Sequence record: LC727697.1
Strand: one strand, 5' to 3'
DNA: 64,000 nt
The notes beneath the pieces are model-generated. The model saw nothing but the letters and a program-made list of their open reading frames with translations. It was not told where the DNA came from and ran no database searches. The first letter of the stretch is position 1; each line of letters starts with the position of its first letter. Both the position numbers and the translations under genes were made by a program. This document shows, one piece after another, positions 9,757-19,507 of this stretch.

Positions 9757-10014
9757 TTAAAGTCCAAACTGTAATTTGAACATTAGCGCTTCCGAGCCAT
9801 CTTCGAACCCAAATTTAGATCCGCCGAGCATGGTCCATTTAGATTCTACGTTTTCATCACACCAAATTACCAAAGATTTATTTACAATATCAGATAAATC
9901 TAGTTCTAGATCTACAAAAGTCCATTCTGTATTTTTATTTTTAAAAATAGTAGTAGCCTGTACATAGTTTCCTGTAGTGGTGTATTGTTTCTTAGGAAGA
10001 TTACTAAAATCCAT
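9757..10014 (-). CDS. Small protein, WCxEN paralog family
   Basis: IWCDENV...FGFEDGSEALMFKLQF; AAGGAG RBS. Confidence 0.8.
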   Translation of the reverse strand: MDFSNLPKKQYTTTGNYVQATTIFKNKNTEWTFVDLELDLSDIVNKSLVIWCDENVESKWTMLGGSKFGFEDGSEALMFKLQFGL

Positions 10015-10042
10015 TTGACTTACTCCTTTTTATTATGCTAGA

Positions 10043-10070
10043 ATTATAACATAATTTTATACAAAAGCAA
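10043..10070 (-). promoter_or_regulatory. sigma70-type promoter (extended -10)
   Basis: TTGCTT-N16-TATAAT with TG immediately upstream of -10. Confidence 0.6.
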
Positions 10071-10101
10071 GTTGTTTTCGTTTAATATATAGGAAAATAC
10101 A

Positions 10102-10332
10102 ATGTCTGAAGAGCAAAAAACATACAGTGAATCTTATATGCATGCAAAAACATATATTACAAACTGGAATTCTTGGGGAAACAACCAATTACAGTTTAAA
10201 AATATAAAAGATGCTATAGATGTAGTAGCAGAGCTCGGAATAAACAAATGTGTTAGGCTAGGAACCCGTGTAAGATTTAAAGAATATGATGAGTTGGTAT
10301 TTCAACGCATTAAATATTACATAGACGAGTAG
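10102..10332 (+). CDS. Small hypothetical protein
   Basis: 76-aa ORF, AGGA RBS, followed by hairpin. Confidence 0.7.
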   Translation: MSEEQKTYSESYMHAKTYITNWNSWGNNQLQFKNIKDAIDVVAELGINKCVRLGTRVRFKEYDELVFQRIKYYIDE

Positions 10333-10389
10333 CATTTTTAACACAATTTAGCGTATGATGTTTATGTGTTTGCGCTGTAACACAATTAC

Positions 10390-10418
10390 TAAAAACCCCG
10401 CATTATGCGGGGTTTTTA
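10390..10418. terminator. Terminator hairpin (14-bp arms, 1-nt loop)
   Basis: TAAAAACCCCGCAT-T-ATGCGGGGTTTTTA. Confidence 0.8.
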
Positions 10419-10490
10419 ATGCATTTAAAACACTACACACAACATTTATATAGTGTTATTTAATTTACCTTAAACAAATAATGCTCACAC

Positions 10491-10515
10491 AAAAAAAGGG
10501 GACCGAAGTCCCCTT
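10491..10515 (-). terminator. UUCG-tetraloop intrinsic terminator after clpP
   Basis: AAGGGGAC-TTCG-GTCCCCTT-TTTTT on minus strand. Confidence 0.9.
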
Positions 10516-10541
10516 AAATTATCACCAGCTACAGTGAATAG

Positions 10542-11213
10542 TTACTTCAGGTCAGCTTTAGTGCGGAATACTTTGTCTGCCAACCCGAACTCAACTGCTT
10601 CTTGAGCAGAGAGGAATGTGTCGAATTTCATAATTTCGATAAATTCGTCGAACGTCTTGCCAGCAGTGTTATGATGAACATACAGCTCAGTGAGACGCTT
10701 GTTAATTTTAGATAGTTCTGCCGCATGGCGGACAGCATCTTCAATTCCTAACTCAACTTGTTGAGTTGTGCCGCCGAATCCCCCGAAGCCGCCGCTGGCT
10801 CGATGAATCATAGTGCGGGATTCGCTAGACACGTAACGATGCCCCGGAGTACCTGCTTGTGCTAGGAAAGACCCCATACTGCATGCTTGGCCCAACACGA
10901 TGGTATTAACGGGACACGAAATATATTCCATCGTGTTATAAATAGACAAACCAGCAGTAACGCTGCCGCCCGGAGAGTTAATATACATCGAAACGGGCTG
11001 TTCTGCCGATTCCGATTCGAGGAAAAGAAGCTGGGCAACAATTACGGATGCCATCTCGTCGCGAACTGGACCATTAAGAAAAACAATACGCTCTTTTAGA
11101 AGACGGGAATAAATATCCCAACTACGTTCGCCGTTGCCGTTATTTTCGACAACCATGGGGATCAAACCAGCTTCGGTAGGATATTGTCCTTGTGCTGTAT
11201 AATTGTAGCTCAT
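10542..11213 (-). CDS. clpP: ClpP protease proteolytic subunit
   Basis: [22 protein letters not shown], catalytic Ser (ACSMGS), His (MIHRA), Asp (FDTF). Confidence 0.97.
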   Translation of the reverse strand: MSYNYTAQGQYPTEAGLIPMVVENNGNGERSWDIYSRLLKERIVFLNGPVRDEMASVIVAQLLFLESESAEQPVSMYINSPGGSVTAGLSIYNTMEYISCPVNTIVLGQACSMGSFLAQAGTPGHRYVSSESRTMIHRASGGFGGFGGTTQQVELGIEDAVRHAAELSKINKRLTELYVHHNTAGKTFDEFIEIMKFDTFLSAQEAVEFGLADKVFRTKADLK

Positions 11214-11309
11214 ATAATAAGTCCTGTGTTTGTTTACGTTGTGTATATAATAGCAATGTTATTATACATCGTCTAGTTATAATTAAAGTTTAGTATGATA
11301 AATATTGTT

Positions 11310-11681
11310 ATGAAAATAAAAGAAATAATACTAGAAAATAAAACACATATAGAATTGTACGGTGCTGCAAACACTGACATTGATGCATTTTACAATCCAG
11401 AATTATATACTAATAATCAAAAACAGATTAAGAGATATGCAGTTTTGGGTATGACAGGTGACGGACCGACTCCTGTATTTAAAACTATTCCGAAAAATCC
11501 TGCCAACAAACCATTTAATAATCATCCAAAAAACGACGATACACAATCTCCTGGTTTTAGAGGTTTACAAATGGCAAAAGAACGTGCAGGATTACCGTTT
11601 GAGCCTTACCAAAAAATAGATCCTAGTTATAAACAATACAACGATATTCCATATGGTCCCGGAAATATTATGGATAGATAA
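11310..11681 (+). CDS. Late-expressed hypothetical protein (probable virion protein)
   Basis: Start moved to ATG 11310 (MKIKEIILE), 5 nt after ATAAATA at 11298-11304. Confidence 0.7.
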   Translation: MKIKEIILENKTHIELYGAANTDIDAFYNPELYTNNQKQIKRYAVLGMTGDGPTPVFKTIPKNPANKPFNNHPKNDDTQSPGFRGLQMAKERAGLPFEPYQKIDPSYKQYNDIPYGPGNIMDR

Positions 11682-11707
11682 AAATGCCCCGTACGGGGCA
11701 TTTTTAT
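11678..11707. terminator. Bidirectional terminator (30-bp perfect palindrome)
   Basis: ATAAAAATGCCCCGT|ACGGGGCATTTTTAT between convergent genes. Confidence 0.85.
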
Positions 11708-12477
11708 ATCTTGTCGCTCAAATATTGTTCTAATGTATACGCTAAGTCTCTATTATATTCGGGTTTTGTTTCGTCTAATGCATCTAAATTATTTAATGCC
11801 CAAATCCAATAGTCCATTGGAACTTCATCTAAGGGTTTATCTTTATGTTTGCCAAATGGCATAGACGAAAGCATTAACGGCTTATTAGATATTTCTATAA
11901 GTTGATCTGCATACGGTATATCACTATCTAATTTATTCTTAGACTCTAAATCAGTTACTATTCGTTCCAATAATACACCGCACATATATGCATCTTCTCC
12001 TGCTCTATGCGCTACGAAATCGTCAGGAATATCTAACATTAATTTATATCTTAGATAAGATAATTTAAATTCTTCAAAAGTAGGATCGGTTTGATATGCA
12101 TATCGTGCAAGTTTTAAAGTACACAACCAATTAGTGCTAGATGCTATGTTATATCTCTCTAATACCTTTTTATCATACGGAGCATTGTGTGCAACTATTA
12201 GTTGGCAGCTTGTAATAGATTTGTATTGGTCGACTACATCGGCAAAAGTAGGTTTTCCTTCTACCATACGATCTGTTATGCCAGTTATAGAACTTATTTT
12301 AGGAGTTATTTGCGCATGATTAACTCTGGGTTTAAATAATTCACTACTATAAGTCCATTTGTTAGTATAAGACGCTATACCTAATTCTATTATTTCTGCT
12401 ACACGAGTATCTAAATGTGTAGTTTCTGTATCTAAAATTATAAGTGATTCTAGTAATTCCTTTAAACGTGGTGTCAT
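11704..12477 (-). CDS. DEDDh 3'-5' exonuclease (ExoX/DnaQ-like) with C-terminal MPFGKH domain
   Basis: DTETT, AHNAPYD, HRAGEDA; C-terminal MPFGKHKDKPLDEVPMDYWIW. Confidence 0.9.
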   Translation of the reverse strand: MTPRLKELLESLIILDTETTHLDTRVAEIIELGIASYTNKWTYSSELFKPRVNHAQITPKISSITGITDRMVEGKPTFADVVDQYKSITSCQLIVAHNAPYDKKVLERYNIASSTNWLCTLKLARYAYQTDPTFEEFKLSYLRYKLMLDIPDDFVAHRAGEDAYMCGVLLERIVTDLESKNKLDSDIPYADQLIEISNKPLMLSSMPFGKHKDKPLDEVPMDYWIWALNNLDALDETKPEYNRDLAYTLEQYLSDKI

Positions 12478-12543
12478 TATAATATTCTCTTGTTATTGTA
12501 TACATTATAACACCAAATATATAAAATATATACACAATTATGA

Positions 12544-12576
12544 TAAAATAAAAGGGCTCAATGCCCTTTTATTTTA
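12544..12576 (-). terminator. Intrinsic terminator
   Basis: TAAAATAAAAGGGC / GCCCTTTTATTTTA arms, 5-nt loop. Confidence 0.8.
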
Positions 12577-13083
12577 CACAATTTGCACCATTTGAACCGA
12601 AGATACAGGGAATGGATTTGTACCATTCCAGGTCCATCCGTATACTGTATTACCTCCCAAATCTGAAGTATATTGTGTTGGTGCACCTAAATAACCAGTT
12701 ACAGAACTCCAGAAATTAGTTACTAAGTTGGTTGGTGCATTAGTTTGATCGACACCTATTCCTAGCACTTTATCGTAATCATTCCATGCAACTATAGTTA
12801 AATTGTATCCTTTAAAAACAATATTGTTTATTTTAGAACCTGTTGCAAACACTCTATATCCATATTGGGCATTCGGTGCAGCTTGCAACTGAGCAGAAGT
12901 TAATATATATTGTCCTGTTGGCATTCTACCATATGCGCCAGCAATACTTACTTGCCCTGTAGTTGCTGCACCACATAATATCCTCATTTCGGCAGCGTTT
13001 ACATCTAACCGAGCATCTTGTGGATTTCCTAATTCAACGTTAATTTGCTGTGTAGAAAGAGAACCCGAAGAAGGTAATGTCAT
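12574..13083 (-). CDS. Small tail-fibre/virion-associated protein
   Basis: N-terminal MTLPSSGSLSTQQINVELG typical of phage fibre-type proteins; ATAAATA late motif upstream (13104-13110). Confidence 0.6.
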   Translation of the reverse strand: MTLPSSGSLSTQQINVELGNPQDARLDVNAAEMRILCGAATTGQVSIAGAYGRMPTGQYILTSAQLQAAPNAQYGYRVFATGSKINNIVFKGYNLTIVAWNDYDKVLGIGVDQTNAPTNLVTNFWSSVTGYLGAPTQYTSDLGGNTVYGWTWNGTNPFPVSSVQMVQIV

Positions 13084-13102
13084 AATAATATATCCTTTTT
13101 TA

Positions 13103-13264
13103 TTATTTATTACTCAACTCTAAGTCGCCTTTGCCTATTTCTATTTCGTTACCGTCTTCTAATTCTACTATAGCAATAGTTTTATTAGATATAAATTTTA
13201 TAACAATGCCGCTTGTCTCGCCAAATTCGGTTTTAATAATAACATCGTCGCCTACATTTATCAT
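13103..13264 (-). CDS. 53-aa SH3/KOW-like small protein (absent from the ORF track)
   Basis: Translated by hand: MINVGDDVIIKTEFGETSGIVIKFISNKTIAIVELEDGNEIEIGKGDLELSNK; AAGGA RBS. Confidence 0.75.
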   Translation of the reverse strand: MINVGDDVIIKTEFGETSGIVIKFISNKTIAIVELEDGNEIEIGKGDLELSNK

Positions 13265-13273
13265 AAAATATCC

Positions 13274-14644
13274 TTATTTTATATCTTTGCTAGAATCTGC
13301 TTCAAATTTATCTGTTCTTATTTCTAAAAATCTAGGAAGAAAAAGAGAATCAACACCTATTCGGTCTACGCTTTTAATTCTTTCATTATACATAACACTC
13401 ACTATGCTATGTTTCCATTTATTTTCAAAATTTGCTGTTGCATCATCGCGTTCGCTGTCAGTTAAACCAGATATGTTGACTATTACCTTACCGTCTGAGC
13501 TTTCACATATTAATGATCCAACTTTATGTTCTGTTTTAGTACCTACTGTTCCGTAATTAAACCCAGTTACAATTAATTCGCATACTTTTTCTGATTTATA
13601 TTTTAATACTAACTTACTTCGTTTATTTTCCCATATACTATCAGGACATTTTACCATTATGCCTTCTTCGTTTCTAGATATTGCTTCGTCGAAGAAGATT
13701 TTTACTTCCTCTTTGCTATAAAGGAGACGAGTTTCTGCTAACCTAATTTGCCCTATATTTCCTAAAATAGTATTATATATTTTACTTTCTATATAATCAT
13801 CATCTACTTGCAATTTATGTATTGCATTTGATAAACTTTCGAATCTACTAGAATAGGGTGTAGTGCATTTATGTTCATTAAAACATCTAAGAGGAATACA
13901 ATCCCAAAGAATTGCTCTTACATTCTTTATTTCATTATCTGTAATGGTATCACTTTGTGCTTTACTTATGATACCGTTTCCTGTCCGTCTGGGGAGTATA
14001 TTATTATTAGAATCTACAACTATTAATTCGCCATCAAAAACCATATCTTCGTCGAAATATTTAATTAGCGAAACAAATGCGTCATCTAAAATATCTTTAA
14101 AATCGTATGATTTACCCGATCTTCCATAAAATGAAACAATTCCGGATTTACTAACATGAATATTAATTCTAGTTCCGTCTGATTTTATCTGAGAATAATA
14201 TGGTAACTTGCATTTACTAAGAAGATTTTCTGTTGCAGGTTCTGCTAGCAAGCACGGATATTTAGGTACTAGATCCTTCCATATTTTATTAACTGTAGCA
14301 TCTTGTATCCCTGCGCGTAAATCCTTTCTAATAATCCGGATAATTACATTTGCATCGTCATCTGTTAAACTAGAAAGAATATATGTTAGATGCAATATTG
14401 CGGCATTACCTGTTTTTATTCTATCAGATAGAACAGATAATTCGGTTAGTGCTTGTTCTAAGGTAAGAATAGTATCTGTTCGCGTGAATTCTGGTATTTT
14501 CTTTATATAAAAGTTAATAAATGGATTTAATGCCAAATGTATTACTTTTTTTAATGTGTCATTATCCTTGTTTCTTTCTAGAATAGCTAATTTAGTAGTT
14601 CGTTTAGTAGTATTTCCGATTTCGTCTAAAATTGTACGAATCAT
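13274..14644 (-). CDS. lig: ATP-dependent DNA ligase (gp30-like)
   Basis: KSDG adenylation motif, FDGEL, EEGIMVK, LKYK, FLPRF. Confidence 0.95.
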   Translation of the reverse strand: MIRTILDEIGNTTKRTTKLAILERNKDNDTLKKVIHLALNPFINFYIKKIPEFTRTDTILTLEQALTELSVLSDRIKTGNAAILHLTYILSSLTDDDANVIIRIIRKDLRAGIQDATVNKIWKDLVPKYPCLLAEPATENLLSKCKLPYYSQIKSDGTRINIHVSKSGIVSFYGRSGKSYDFKDILDDAFVSLIKYFDEDMVFDGELIVVDSNNNILPRRTGNGIISKAQSDTITDNEIKNVRAILWDCIPLRCFNEHKCTTPYSSRFESLSNAIHKLQVDDDYIESKIYNTILGNIGQIRLAETRLLYSKEEVKIFFDEAISRNEEGIMVKCPDSIWENKRSKLVLKYKSEKVCELIVTGFNYGTVGTKTEHKVGSLICESSDGKVIVNISGLTDSERDDATANFENKWKHSIVSVMYNERIKSVDRIGVDSLFLPRFLEIRTDKFEADSSKDIK

Positions 14645-14671
14645 AATAGTGCCTTATTTAATTACTTAATA

Positions 14672-16402
14672 TTATGCAAGAACTTGTTCTACTTCTGCAC
14701 AATCTATTGTTTCTTTTTCCATTAACAAGTCTGCTACAAGTTTTAATTCAGCCTTTTTATCCGAAAGTAATGTTATGGCCTTATTGTACGCATCTTTTAC
14801 TAGAATTGCTGCATCTTGTTCTGCACTAGATTGCAAACTAGACAGGGTCGATGTCGCAACCGGTCCTATACTACCGAAACCACACGATGTAGTCATGTAT
14901 ACTGCAAGTTCGGTTGCTCTCTTTATATCTGAACTAGCGCCAGTGGATATTGCAGATTCACCGTATATGAGTTCTTCTGCTGCGCGGCCTGCCATTAACG
15001 TAACTAATTTATTCATGAGCTGCTCTTTGCTAACAGAAGGCTCTTCGTTAGGAAGAAATACAGTTACACCTAGTGCTAGACCTCGAGGAATGATAGATAC
15101 TTTATGCAAGTTATCATTAGATTTGTAAATTACACCCGATATTGCATGACCGGCTTCATGATATGCAGTACGAAGCAATTCTTCTTGGGTATATTTCTTT
15201 GTCGAATTTTCACCCATTAACACCTTATCTTTTGCTCGTTCTACATGCTCCTGGGTAATTACAGTTTGCCCAGACCTTACTGCATAGATTGCAGCCTCAT
15301 TGACTAGTTTAGCTAACTCAGCACCAGAGAATCCCGGAGTTCCTTTTGCTATTACTGAAAAATCTACATTGTCTTCAAATGTTTTTCCATTTGCATTTAT
15401 TTCTAAAATCTTCTGTCTAATCCCCACATCAGGTAAACTTAGTTGAACAATTCTGTCAAATCGTTTAGGACGAATAACAGCCGGGTCTAATATATCTAGT
15501 CTATTAGTAGCTGCAAGAATTGTAATACCATCGTTATCTTGCATTCCATCCATTTCTACTAATAACTGATTGAGTGTTTGGTCTGATCCATTAGATATTT
15601 TAGTAGAACGTTGCTGTGCAAGTGCATCAATTTCGTCTATGAAAATAATGCACGGCGCAGCTTCCTTTGCTTTTTTAAACATATCTGTTACACGGTTTGC
15701 ACCTACACCGACAAATGTATCATTAAACTCAGATCCAGCAACATAGAAAAAATTAACATTTGCCTCTTTTGCCATTGCCTTTGCTAAAAGTGTTTTCCCG
15801 ACGCCCGGACTGCCGTGCATTAGAATTCCACGAGGCACATCTATTCCCATGCTAGAATACTTAGTTCGATGAGCAATAAAATCAACTAACTCTTTTACTT
15901 CATTTATTTCGTGAGTATGGCCAGCTACATCGTTAAACGTTACTTCAATGTCTTTTGGTTCTATCTTGCGAAGTTTGGATTTACTTTTTGCATCTAATGA
16001 AGAACCAGGACCTATTCGCTTCAAAACGAATACCATTAAAATTAAAAATACTAACATTACTATAAGTCCAGACACCAAACTAGTAAGGAATGGACTAGGG
16101 GTAGAAGGTTCTTCGGTTACTACAGGAACACCTGCTTTAAGAAATGATTCTATTAATTTACTGGTATCTCCGGGGAATGTTACTTTTCTTCTGTCTGATG
16201 TATTAGTAACATACTGTAGTGTTTGTCCATCTTCTTTTAATTTAACACTAATTATTTTACCGCTCGTTGCGTCTGATAAAAAGGTGTTTATAGACACACT
16301 AGTCGGCTTGTAATTAATCGTTAACGCAAGTCCAGTTATGCATATTACAAGAAATAAAATAATAAATCTGTTATTTTTTATGAACTTAACAATATGTTGC
16401 AT
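14672..16402 (-). CDS. ftsH: FtsH ATP-dependent zinc metalloprotease
   Basis: Two TM segments, GSPGVGKT, FIDEID, SRH (ATNRLDILDPAVIRPKRFDR), HEAGH, GASSD. Confidence 0.97.
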   Translation of the reverse strand: MQHIVKFIKNNRFIILFLVICITGLALTINYKPTSVSINTFLSDATSGKIISVKLKEDGQTLQYVTNTSDRRKVTFPGDTSKLIESFLKAGVPVVTEEPSTPSPFLTSLVSGLIVMLVFLILMVFVLKRIGPGSSLDAKSKSKLRKIEPKDIEVTFNDVAGHTHEINEVKELVDFIAHRTKYSSMGIDVPRGILMHGSPGVGKTLLAKAMAKEANVNFFYVAGSEFNDTFVGVGANRVTDMFKKAKEAAPCIIFIDEIDALAQQRSTKISNGSDQTLNQLLVEMDGMQDNDGITILAATNRLDILDPAVIRPKRFDRIVQLSLPDVGIRQKILEINANGKTFEDNVDFSVIAKGTPGFSGAELAKLVNEAAIYAVRSGQTVITQEHVERAKDKVLMGENSTKKYTQEELLRTAYHEAGHAISGVIYKSNDNLHKVSIIPRGLALGVTVFLPNEEPSVSKEQLMNKLVTLMAGRAAEELIYGESAISTGASSDIKRATELAVYMTTSCGFGSIGPVATSTLSSLQSSAEQDAAILVKDAYNKAITLLSDKKAELKLVADLLMEKETIDCAEVEQVLA

Positions 16403-16442
16403 TATTTGATCCTATAAGGGGTTATGTGTGTAATATAACTGT

Positions 16443-17087
16443 TTACCGCTTATATGTAAATAGTTTTAAAAGTTTCTCTATAGACTCCATTATTGTATCG
16501 TACCAAAATAATACTACAGTTGTAGATAGTTTTTGCATAGATATATTTTCACATTTTTCGTTTATACAATCTTCTAATGTTTTGAGTATTACCACGCAAT
16601 TAATCACGTTTATTATCATACTGCCTATACAATAACTGACTGATAAATCTAATAGTATAGACATTACTATGGTCACAAGCAAAGTCATTGCTATAGAAAC
16701 ATTAAATGACGACGCGAAACTAAAAATGTTTTTTGACATAATTGCGTTTGCACAAAGAAACATATATAAAAACGAACTTATAGTAAACATAACTAAAACT
16801 AATAATGGCGCTACTTCCCCCAGTAACGCAGTTAATCCATTCCCTAATGTTATTCCTTGCCAAAATAATAAAAATACACTCCCTACAATAGACACATACA
16901 CATTTGTTCTAATACAATCTATAATAAACATTATAGCAAAATATGAAAATATACACACAAGTAAATTCATATTAAGAATTGGCATAGTTAATGCTAAATA
17001 TGCGCCGGCGGCTGCAAATATTCTAGTTAACATTAAAGTTGCAAATGTTCCTATTATAGATTTCTGTTCATTTGTTTTAAGTTCCAA
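16443..17087 (-). CDS. Polytopic membrane protein, BAX-inhibitor-1/YccA-like
   Basis: About 7 hydrophobic segments; FWQGITLGNGL and C-terminal VLFWYDTIMESIEKLLKLF resemble YccA TM3/TM7; start moved to TTG 17087 after AAGGAG. Confidence 0.55.
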   Translation of the reverse strand: MELKTNEQKSIIGTFATLMLTRIFAAAGAYLALTMPILNMNLLVCIFSYFAIMFIIDCIRTNVYVSIVGSVFLLFWQGITLGNGLTALLGEVAPLLVLVMFTISSFLYMFLCANAIMSKNIFSFASSFNVSIAMTLLVTIVMSILLDLSVSYCIGSMIINVINCVVILKTLEDCINEKCENISMQKLSTTVVLFWYDTIMESIEKLLKLFTYKR

Positions 17088-17101
17088 TTTTATCTCCTTA
17101 T

Positions 17102-17133
17102 AAAACAATCCCCGCAATTGCGGGGATTGTTTT
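17102..17133. terminator. 32-bp perfect palindrome / terminator
   Basis: AAAACAATCCCCGCAA|TTGCGGGGATTGTTTT. Confidence 0.75.
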
Positions 17134-17360
17134 TACTCTTCTTCGATTACCACAGGCATTTCTTTTTCTAATTTCTTTAACTGTGCTTCTGTTTGTTTAT
17201 CTAACATTTCTTCAGAAATATTAACATATGCCTTTTTAAAGTGTTCTAAACAATATGCTTTTCCTTCTATAGGTTTTGCTCCGCATTGTGTTTTAGAATT
17301 TCCTTTCCATTCACACTGTTTAGCTCTATATACTCCAAAAGTAAAATCAAATGTTTTCAT
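17133..17360 (-). CDS. Small C-C-C-H zinc-binding protein resembling the GcrA C-terminal domain
   Basis: CEW...CG...EGKAYCLEHFKKAY. Confidence 0.55.
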   Translation of the reverse strand: MKTFDFTFGVYRAKQCEWKGNSKTQCGAKPIEGKAYCLEHFKKAYVNISEEMLDKQTEAQLKKLEKEMPVVIEEE

Positions 17361-17427
17361 TTATAATCCTTATTACGTCATGCGTTTGTGTCGATCTTCA
17401 AGCTTCTTGTTGCAAAAGCTATCCATA

Positions 17428-17721
17428 TCAGTCTGTATATAAATCTTGTATTATTAATAATTGTTTATTATTTTGTAATGTTTCTTTTATTAAATGTTCT
17501 AAGTTAATAGTTTCCGAATAATTAGTATGCCAGTGATATGGTTTAGTTGGTTTAATTTGTTCACAAACATAAATTACATATTGGTCTATAGGTTGAGTTA
17601 TAGAATATGGTTTTATATTGCGTAAAATATCTTTATAAAATACCACACTAACTGTTACAGATACACCATTTCTTTTATTGATTACTGTGTAATCTTTTCC
17701 AATAGTGTGTATATCTATCAT
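17428..17721 (-). CDS. Hypothetical protein
   Basis: 97-aa ORF in operon. Confidence 0.65.
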   Translation of the reverse strand: MIDIHTIGKDYTVINKRNGVSVTVSVVFYKDILRNIKPYSITQPIDQYVIYVCEQIKPTKPYHWHTNYSETINLEHLIKETLQNNKQLLIIQDLYTD

Positions 17722-17730
17722 TTATTTGCA

Positions 17731-18015
17731 TTACCTGTCATGAAATAGAATTGTGTTACCCTTATAGGTAGATACGTATACTCCTAATAAATCTTTAAAC
17801 AATAACGAATTAGCCCAACACTCTGGACCTTCGCCCCACATAATAGCTGCATCAGCTTTTACATATTTATGAATTTGTTTTTTCGACAATACTTTAATAC
17901 CGTTTGGATTAAATCCTGCTTGCTTGGCAAATTCCTTTAATTCAAATGCCATGTGTTGTGCAGTTTCATAAGATAAAGAAAAGAGGCATTCATCCCAATG
18001 CTTTTTAGTTCTCAT
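17731..18015 (-). CDS. Hypothetical protein
   Basis: 94-aa ORF. Confidence 0.65.
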   Translation of the reverse strand: MRTKKHWDECLFSLSYETAQHMAFELKEFAKQAGFNPNGIKVLSKKQIHKYVKADAAIMWGEGPECWANSLLFKDLLGVYVSTYKGNTILFHDR

Positions 18016-18034
18016 AAGTATTCACCGAAGTTAT

Positions 18035-18583
18035 TTATTGAGAATACATACCCTCCAGATATTCCCAATTAAATATATTCCATATATTCTCGTAGTATGA
18101 CTTCTTGTCTGCTTTATAATCGAGCATATATGCATGCTCCCAACAATCAATAAGTAAGAATATATCGTCTCTTACTTCGTGATTTGGGATTTCCTTTATT
18201 ACAAGGGTATTAGAAACATAAATCCATCCAGAACCATGAACATCCATACATGCAGATATAACCTCATTTTTAAATTTAGAAAATGAAGTAAATTTAGATT
18301 TTATATCTTTTAATAATATCCCGGAAGGAGAATATCTTTTTTGAGAATCAGTAAATTGACTAAAATAAATCCCATGCAAGTATGCACCTGCAAATGAAAA
18401 TTTATTACTAGGGTCTTTGTTTACTGAAGATATGTAATTAGAATATAGTGTTCCGTAATGTAGTTCTACTAAATCTTTAGAGAAAGTAGGACTAAGACTA
18501 CTTACGGAATACGGGATAGGAATTTTCTTTACGGACGATGCAGCTTCTGCAATAGATATGTATTTCTTTATGGAATCATTCAT
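18035..18583 (-). CDS. sod: Fe/Mn superoxide dismutase
   Basis: IPYSVSSLSP, LHYGT, LHGIYF, GSGW, DCWEHAY: all four metal ligands present. Confidence 0.92.
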   Translation of the reverse strand: MNDSIKKYISIAEAASSVKKIPIPYSVSSLSPTFSKDLVELHYGTLYSNYISSVNKDPSNKFSFAGAYLHGIYFSQFTDSQKRYSPSGILLKDIKSKFTSFSKFKNEVISACMDVHGSGWIYVSNTLVIKEIPNHEVRDDIFLLIDCWEHAYMLDYKADKKSYYENIWNIFNWEYLEGMYSQ

Positions 18584-18625
18584 AATTCTTATATCCCTAT
18601 ATGCTTTATTTATTATAATAGGGAA

Positions 18626-18645
18626 GGGGGCAGGTGTCTACCCCC
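18626..18645 (-). terminator. GC-rich hairpin after clpS
   Basis: GGGGGTAG-ACAC-CTGCCCCC on minus strand. Confidence 0.6.
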
Positions 18646-18657
18646 GTTTTTGCTGTA

Positions 18658-18960
18658 TTACGATTCTTCTACAGTTACTTTAAAATCAGGATAACCGTTG
18701 TTAATGGCAAGTTGAACAGATTTAGACTGTTTCGATTCTGCAATTTCTTTTGTATAGCTGCCTACAATCTTTGCGCCGCGTTCATGCACTTCCATCATTG
18801 TATTGTATGCGCTAGATGCATCGTAGTCATATATATATACTAACAATTGCATAACAAATTCCATAGTGGTTTTGTTATCGTTGTGAAAAACTACATTATA
18901 TTTCTTAGGTTGAAATACAGTAGACGAAGTTTCAACTTTATTAGCTACCTTTACAGTCAT
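18658..18960 (-). CDS. clpS: ClpS N-degron adaptor
   Basis: YNVVFHNDNKTTMEFV...MMEVHERG...YTKEIAESK; start moved to ATG 18960. Confidence 0.92.
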   Translation of the reverse strand: MTVKVANKVETSSTVFQPKKYNVVFHNDNKTTMEFVMQLLVYIYDYDASSAYNTMMEVHERGAKIVGSYTKEIAESKQSKSVQLAINNGYPDFKVTVEES

Positions 18961-18996
18961 TTTTAAATCCCAAGTTGATCGTAATTGATACACATT

Positions 18997-19024
18997 ATTA
19001 TATATGTTTAAACAGTGTCGTCAA
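18997..19024 (-). promoter_or_regulatory. sigma70-type promoter of clpS
   Basis: TTGACG-N16-TATAAT. Confidence 0.7.
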
Positions 19025-19036
19025 GTTATATAGCAA

Positions 19037-19068
19037 AAATAAAAAGCTGGAATACCAGCTTTTTATTT
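19037..19068 (-). terminator. Intrinsic terminator after hsp20
   Basis: AAATAAAAAGCTGG / CCAGCTTTTTATTT, 4-nt loop. Confidence 0.85.
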
Positions 19069-19075
19069 GTAAACA

Positions 19076-19507
19076 TTATTCTATATCAATTACTTTTCGT
19101 TGTGATTCTGCAGGACTCGGCGGTTGAATTTTTATTGTTAGAATGCCATTTTTCATACCGCACGAAGATATATTTATAAGATCGTCTACAAGCCTGAATT
19201 TGACAGAAAAATCTTTACTAGAAATACCTTTGTGTTCGTATTCTACTTCAGTTTTAAAAATTCGTTCCGGTTTTGTTTCTATTACTAACAGTCGTTCTCT
19301 GCTATCTACATAAACATCTAGCTCGGATTTATCATAACCGGCAAGAGCTAATTCAAGACAATAGCTACCGTCTGCATTCTTTATCAAATTATGGGGAGGA
19401 AACTTCTGGCTACTAAGTTCATTAGTAATAGTATTAAGTAAATCAGTTGCACCTAGTGCATATCTATAATTAGCTAGGTTAGATGACATTATAACATGTT
19501 TTTGCAT
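19076..19507 (-). CDS. hsp20: Small heat-shock protein Hsp20 (IbpA-like)
   Basis: FPPHNLIK, LALAGYDK, HKGIS, NGILTI. Confidence 0.93.
   Translation of the reverse strand: MQKHVIMSSNLANYRYALGATDLLNTITNELSSQKFPPHNLIKNADGSYCLELALAGYDKSELDVYVDSRERLLVIETKPERIFKTEVEYEHKGISSKDFSVKFRLVDDLINISSCGMKNGILTIKIQPPSPAESQRKVIDIE

Noticed and set aside
17373-17426. 17-codon ORF (MDSFCNKKLEDRHKRMT) between two genes
   Set aside because: Too short, with no clear RBS or motif to support it
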